A DNA stretch of 63,645 bases, the filler included, from Candidatus Coatesbacteria bacterium (GTDB lineage Bacteria; JAFGND01): NCBI GenBank assembly GCA_016927185.1. It is 7 parts of 7 records of this genome, joined end to end, with 100 filler letters (N's around TTAATTAATTAA, not from the genome) between each part and the next. Parts side by side here need not be neighbours in the genome. Positions count along the whole stretch, not along the records: positions 59,264 to 62,349 come from JAFGND010000079.1; positions 62,450 to 63,645 come from JAFGND010000060.1; 5 more parts are not named here. One strand, given 5' to 3'. Each line of letters starts with the position of its first letter. Position 1 is the stretch's first letter. Below, piece by piece: positions 59,581-63,645 of the stretch. A program made the translations under genes and the position numbers. The notes below the pieces were generated by a model. The model searched no databases. It worked only from the letters and a program-made list of their open reading frames with translations, and had not been told where the DNA came from.

Positions 59581-62018
59581 GAGGAAGGAAGATGCAATGA
59601 AAGTTTCTTGTTGAAGGGATTGGGAAATACCCTGAAGGGAATTGGAATTTTACTGTATGTAATGTAATCTGATATTCTTGTACCCATATATATAGAGAAA
59701 ACTGCATCGCTTTCATCTTCTGGAATCTTGTCATGGCAATTATTCTCTATCTTGAGCAGGCATTCTTCTGATGGGGTTTCCGGAATTTTCCATTTATAAG
59801 TATTAACTCTGCCTGAAATCCTGTCTATGAAAATCCAGTTTTCTCCATTATCAATGCTGTAACTGATATTAACGGAATCATTGAAGATTGATGAAAACTT
59901 TATTTCCTGAATACTTCCTGCCTCAAATTTCTCTCCCCCATCAGGATACATGACTTCCAAATATGAACCTATATTCCTGAAACTGCCATCTTCCAGATAC
60001 CAGTACTTGAGCATTCTGTCTCTTCCTGCTGAAAGAAAATATGTATCAAAAGGATTCAAGAACAGCGAATTTATCTTGTCAGTATGGGAAATATAAGTCT
60101 TGGTGCTGCTTCCTGTTTCAAGATCCCAGCATTTTATCAAGCCATTTTCATATCCTGCAAGGATTTTCTTTCTATCATTAAAGAAAGCCAATGACGATAC
60201 AGGATGAGTGTCATATATTGTCTTCATGCATGCCCCATCAGACAATCTCCAGTATCTTATGGTGTTGTCATTACCTCCAGATACAATATACTCTCCCTTG
60301 CTGTCTATATCTATGCAAAGAACCAGGGAAGTATGTCCTGACATGGTCAGAATGTTTTCTCCGCTTGCCAAATCGAAATATCTTACCTTGCCATCCCAGC
60401 AACCTGAGGCAGCATATTTCCCATCAGGACTGAATAATACGGAGCTTACATATGAGGGATGGGGAAAAGCACTTACAAGAATCATATCAAAGAGGTTCCA
60501 GTATTTCATTGTGGAATCGTAACTTCCTGTAAGTCCATATCTGCCATCAGGAGAGCATTTCATATCCACTACCCAGTAATTATGACCTTTTATTTCAAGC
60601 ACAAGATCTCCCGAAAGGAAGGACCATGCCTTAAGCATTCCGTCACCAGTTCCAGCTGCAATATATGAATAGCTTGTTTTTGTGTCAGTGCAATGCAGAA
60701 CGGAATTATCATTTATAGTCTTGAATGGCTTTCCGTCTTCAACAGTCCATATCTTGACTGTCATGTCACTCCCGCATGAAATAGCATATCTGCCATCAGA
60801 AGTCAGTATTGCATCTGAAACGTCATCCGTATGTCCTGCAACTATGGAGAACAAACCATCGCTTTCATCCTTGAACTGACCGCTTGTTATTCTTACCAGA
60901 CATGAATCAGAGGGGGTGTAAGGAACTGACCATACATAATTCCTCTTTTTCTCTACATCTGCAATCTTTTTCCATACCTTACCATTGTCTGTTGTATATT
61001 CCAGCAAGAATGCATCAAGTTCCGAAGGACATATCCATTTTATTTCCTTTTTCAGTCCTGCCTGCAATACTTCTCCTCCATTCGGTTCAAGAACAATGAA
61101 GTCCTTGTTTGAATATGCAGTACCTGACCATGATTTGGTTCCTATTTCCTGGGTACCAAATCCTATCCATGCATAACCATTTTCTCCCCAATCCGCACCC
61201 CATGAATTCTTTATCTTGAAGGCATTCCTGCTGTCATCCCAGCCTACAATAATAACAGTATGATTGGTTTGCATGGTATTGCTTCTTGTATCAGCTATTA
61301 TTCCCTGACTGTAGAATCTAAGGTGCATTACTGACACATACATGCTGCAACCAACAGGACCAGATCTTAATGCCTGCTTGATAGCTTCTACATCAGGTTC
61401 AAAACATATATATGAATCAGTCCTGAAATAGAAAAGTCTTGTATCATAATCACTGCATCTTTCACTGCAATTGGAATTCCTTGCAACGTATGGATAACAT
61501 GCTTCATCAGGGACTCCGTTTGTCTCTATCCAGAAAGCTGCAGTGTATGCAGTTCCACCTGAGCAATCTCCAGCTGAACAGCAGCTTGAGACAATATACT
61601 GCTCTGAAAGGTCAATATCATAATCAGGATCATTTGAAGCAATATTTATCAATGCCTCAAGTACACCTATCGCAGTGAAAGCCCAGCATGAACCGCACAT
61701 TGCCTGATCCTTTACTGGAGTCATCCAATCCTTGCCAGACATATTAGACCAGTCGAAATATTCAGGAAGTTTTATATTTCTCTTGAAATTCTTTTTGGGG
61801 AGAAATGGAAAAGGTTTTTCTTCATGATTTCCAAGCAAGTTCTTTAATGCGCTTTCAGGCAGATTGGTATAATGATTCTCTGAAGCCTGCCATTTCAGGG
61901 AGTTCTGTTTTATAAATTCCCTGCATTCCTGAATGTCCATATTATATTGATTGAGAGCTGAGATTTCAGAGAAAGCTGAAAAAAATATCAAAATAAGGCT
62001 GCAAATCAGCTTGCTCAT
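59439..62018 (-). CDS. Secreted papain-like C1 peptidase with Ig-like, WD40 and sorting-type C-terminal domains
   Basis: PVKDQAMCGSCWAF, DLSEQ, NHTVIIVGWDD, KNSWGADWGENGY; PNGGE repeats; GH...WD40 repeats; FPNPF tail. Confidence 0.9.
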   Translation of the reverse strand: MSKLICSLILIFFSAFSEISALNQYNMDIQECREFIKQNSLKWQASENHYTNLPESALKNLLGNHEEKPFPFLPKKNFKRNIKLPEYFDWSNMSGKDWMTPVKDQAMCGSCWAFTAIGVLEALINIASNDPDYDIDLSEQYIVSSCCSAGDCSGGTAYTAAFWIETNGVPDEACYPYVARNSNCSERCSDYDTRLFYFRTDSYICFEPDVEAIKQALRSGPVGCSMYVSVMHLRFYSQGIIADTRSNTMQTNHTVIIVGWDDSRNAFKIKNSWGADWGENGYAWIGFGTQEIGTKSWSGTAYSNKDFIVLEPNGGEVLQAGLKKEIKWICPSELDAFLLEYTTDNGKVWKKIADVEKKRNYVWSVPYTPSDSCLVRITSGQFKDESDGLFSIVAGHTDDVSDAILTSDGRYAISCGSDMTVKIWTVEDGKPFKTINDNSVLHCTDTKTSYSYIAAGTGDGMLKAWSFLSGDLVLEIKGHNYWVVDMKCSPDGRYGLTGSYDSTMKYWNLFDMILVSAFPHPSYVSSVLFSPDGKYAASGCWDGKVRYFDLASGENILTMSGHTSLVLCIDIDSKGEYIVSGGNDNTIRYWRLSDGACMKTIYDTHPVSSLAFFNDRKKILAGYENGLIKCWDLETGSSTKTYISHTDKINSLFLNPFDTYFLSAGRDRMLKYWYLEDGSFRNIGSYLEVMYPDGGEKFEAGSIQEIKFSSIFNDSVNISYSIDNGENWIFIDRISGRVNTYKWKIPETPSEECLLKIENNCHDKIPEDESDAVFSIYMGTRISDYITYSKIPIPFRVFPNPFNKKLSLHLPSSASIYSITGQLIMYLDKGKHSLDTSSWREGVYIVKSGMECKRVVKVR

Positions 62019-62349
62019 TTCCAGTTATCCTTCTTTTATATAGATAGTTAGCCTGCTGCTTCCTGTTCTGTTTATTATTGCCTTATAACATCAATCAATA
62101 TATATTCAAATAAGACAAGCATTTTCTTGAAATATTATTTTGATTATCTCCCTGACTCACCAGGTTCAAAAAATCAGTAAACTTGCTTAATTTATTTATA
62201 GTTAAGTAATTATAGGAATTAAGTTATTGTATTTAAAAGCATTGATAACTGGCATCCGAATGATGTTGTTGCTCGTTAAAAACTGACACCTTCTGCTCAC
62301 ACTAAAAAGAGAATTTGAGGGCATTTTTGTGCATTTTCTGCTCACACTA

Positions 62350-62449
62350 NNNNNNNNNNNNNNNNNNNNNNNNNNNNNNNNNNNNNNNNNNNNTTAATTA
62401 ATTAANNNNNNNNNNNNNNNNNNNNNNNNNNNNNNNNNNNNNNNNNNNN
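62350..62449. other. Artificial contig linker
   Basis: N-run/TTAATTAATTAA/N-run. Confidence 0.98.
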
Positions 62450-62529
62450 TGGCTGGGAATAATTTGTAATTAATGATAATAAAGTAACATTTTTCATAAA
62501 TATTTATTTAGAAAAAAGACCATAATAAA

Positions 62530-63033
62530 ATGAGAAGAATTTATAAAGCAGGGCATCGTTCATGGAGTGCGAAAAATGCAAAACTTCCAGGAAAAAACAC
62601 TGGAGACATAATGTCACCTGATAAAAGAAGTAATGTAATGTCAAAAATAAAGTGTAAGAATACAAATCCGGAAAGGATCATTTTCTCATTACTTGAGGAA
62701 AAGAATCTTATTTTTCAGAAGCACTACAAATATTTACCTGGAAAACCAGATATTGTCTTTACTGAAATTAAATTTGCTGTTTTTATTGATGGGGATTTCT
62801 GGCATGGCTGGAGATTTCCATTATGGGAACATAAACTTACAGAAATATGGAGATTGAAAATTAAGACAAATAGAATACGCGATATGAAAAATCACAGTCA
62901 ATTAAGAAAATCAGGCTGGAAAGTTCTGAGAATATGGGAACATCAAATAGAACAATCTCCTGATAAATGCCTGGTCAAAATAATGAAAATACTTGATTAT
63001 ATGAATTCAGCTATTAAGCATAGAAATAAGTGA
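62530..63033 (+). CDS. vsr: Very-short-patch repair endonuclease
   Basis: RSNVMSKIKCKNTNPE, LPGKPDIV, FIDGDFWHG, KI..NRIRD, GWKVLRIWE; exact start uncertain. Confidence 0.92.
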   Translation: MRRIYKAGHRSWSAKNAKLPGKNTGDIMSPDKRSNVMSKIKCKNTNPERIIFSLLEEKNLIFQKHYKYLPGKPDIVFTEIKFAVFIDGDFWHGWRFPLWEHKLTEIWRLKIKTNRIRDMKNHSQLRKSGWKVLRIWEHQIEQSPDKCLVKIMKILDYMNSAIKHRNK

Positions 63034-63368
63034 ATTATATGATTTATGAAATATATGGTAAATGATTTGTTTCAGAAAACGTAAGACACTTACTTGATAA
63101 AGTCAATATCACTATCCAAGATTTAAAACACATAGGAAAAAAGTCGGATGATTTTCTTAATCCTATCCCATAGACATCATGGATTGAATTATAAAAAGCC
63201 TACATTCTTCCTCATATTCTTGTATTCAGATGATTACAAGAACTATACCCCAAATGAGGTATTTTGTAAGTGCTTTACAAACATGGATTTATCTAGCTGT
63301 TTATTAATCCAGATAGGAAATCCCTGAATACTTTACAAAACATCACCAGAAAAAGCTCCTTGTTGACA

Positions 63369-63424
63369 CCTCACCCCTAGCCCCTCTCCTTGTAGGAGAG
63401 GGGATTCTGGAAGACGGGGTGAGG
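63369..63424. repeat. GC-rich nested palindrome (REP-like)
   Basis: CCTCACCCC-TAG-CCCCTCTCCT-TGT-AGGAGAGGGG...GGGGTGAGG. Confidence 0.7.
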
Positions 63425-63645
63425 TTAATATAACTTTCTTACCTGAATAATTATAAGGAAAACCTTAGATAATGATTTACTGATAAGAGTCTGATTTTAA
63501 TTATGAATCATAGAATTATATAAAACAGAGATTCTAACTATTCTTTCCTGATGCATAAAGGAGATATGAATCTCAGTATATAATTATAAAGAAAAGGTCT
63601 CAAAAGTTACTACTTTTATATACTTTTGTATACTTTTATGGTAAA

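Overview
Low-GC bacterial sequence made of seven separate contigs joined by artificial 100-nt linkers (N-run/TTAATTAATTAA/N-run at 10365, 22846, 39674, 44192, 59164 and 62350), so gene neighbourhoods across linkers are not real. The gene content (TonB/ExbBD systems, a GT9 heptosyltransferase-like gene, many secreted proteins with a 'PNPF' C-terminal sorting-type domain) suggests a diderm, probably uncultured organism (inference). Housekeeping genes include recD2, metH, an RlmD-type methyltransferase, serS, hisS, a LexA-like repressor and vsr. The most striking feature is at 39774-40521: three tandem, paralogous 54-56 aa peptide genes with a nearly invariant YxKPEI leader and a Cys/Tyr-rich variable core, followed by a truncated P-loop kinase gene. 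One peptide gene and the kinase gene are missing from the ORF track. This looks like the start of an unusual RiPP gene cluster. Other highlights: a beta-propeller gene with an in-frame TGA followed by a SECIS-like hairpin, an Agl/Glt-like motor cluster, an L,D-transpeptidase-like domain fused to MurC, an A10-frameshifted rmlD-like gene, orphan microcompartment vertex genes in a surface-glycan operon, and two unrelated secreted proteins sharing the same C-terminal domain and 3' non-coding tail. All family calls come from motif recognition by eye, not from database searches.
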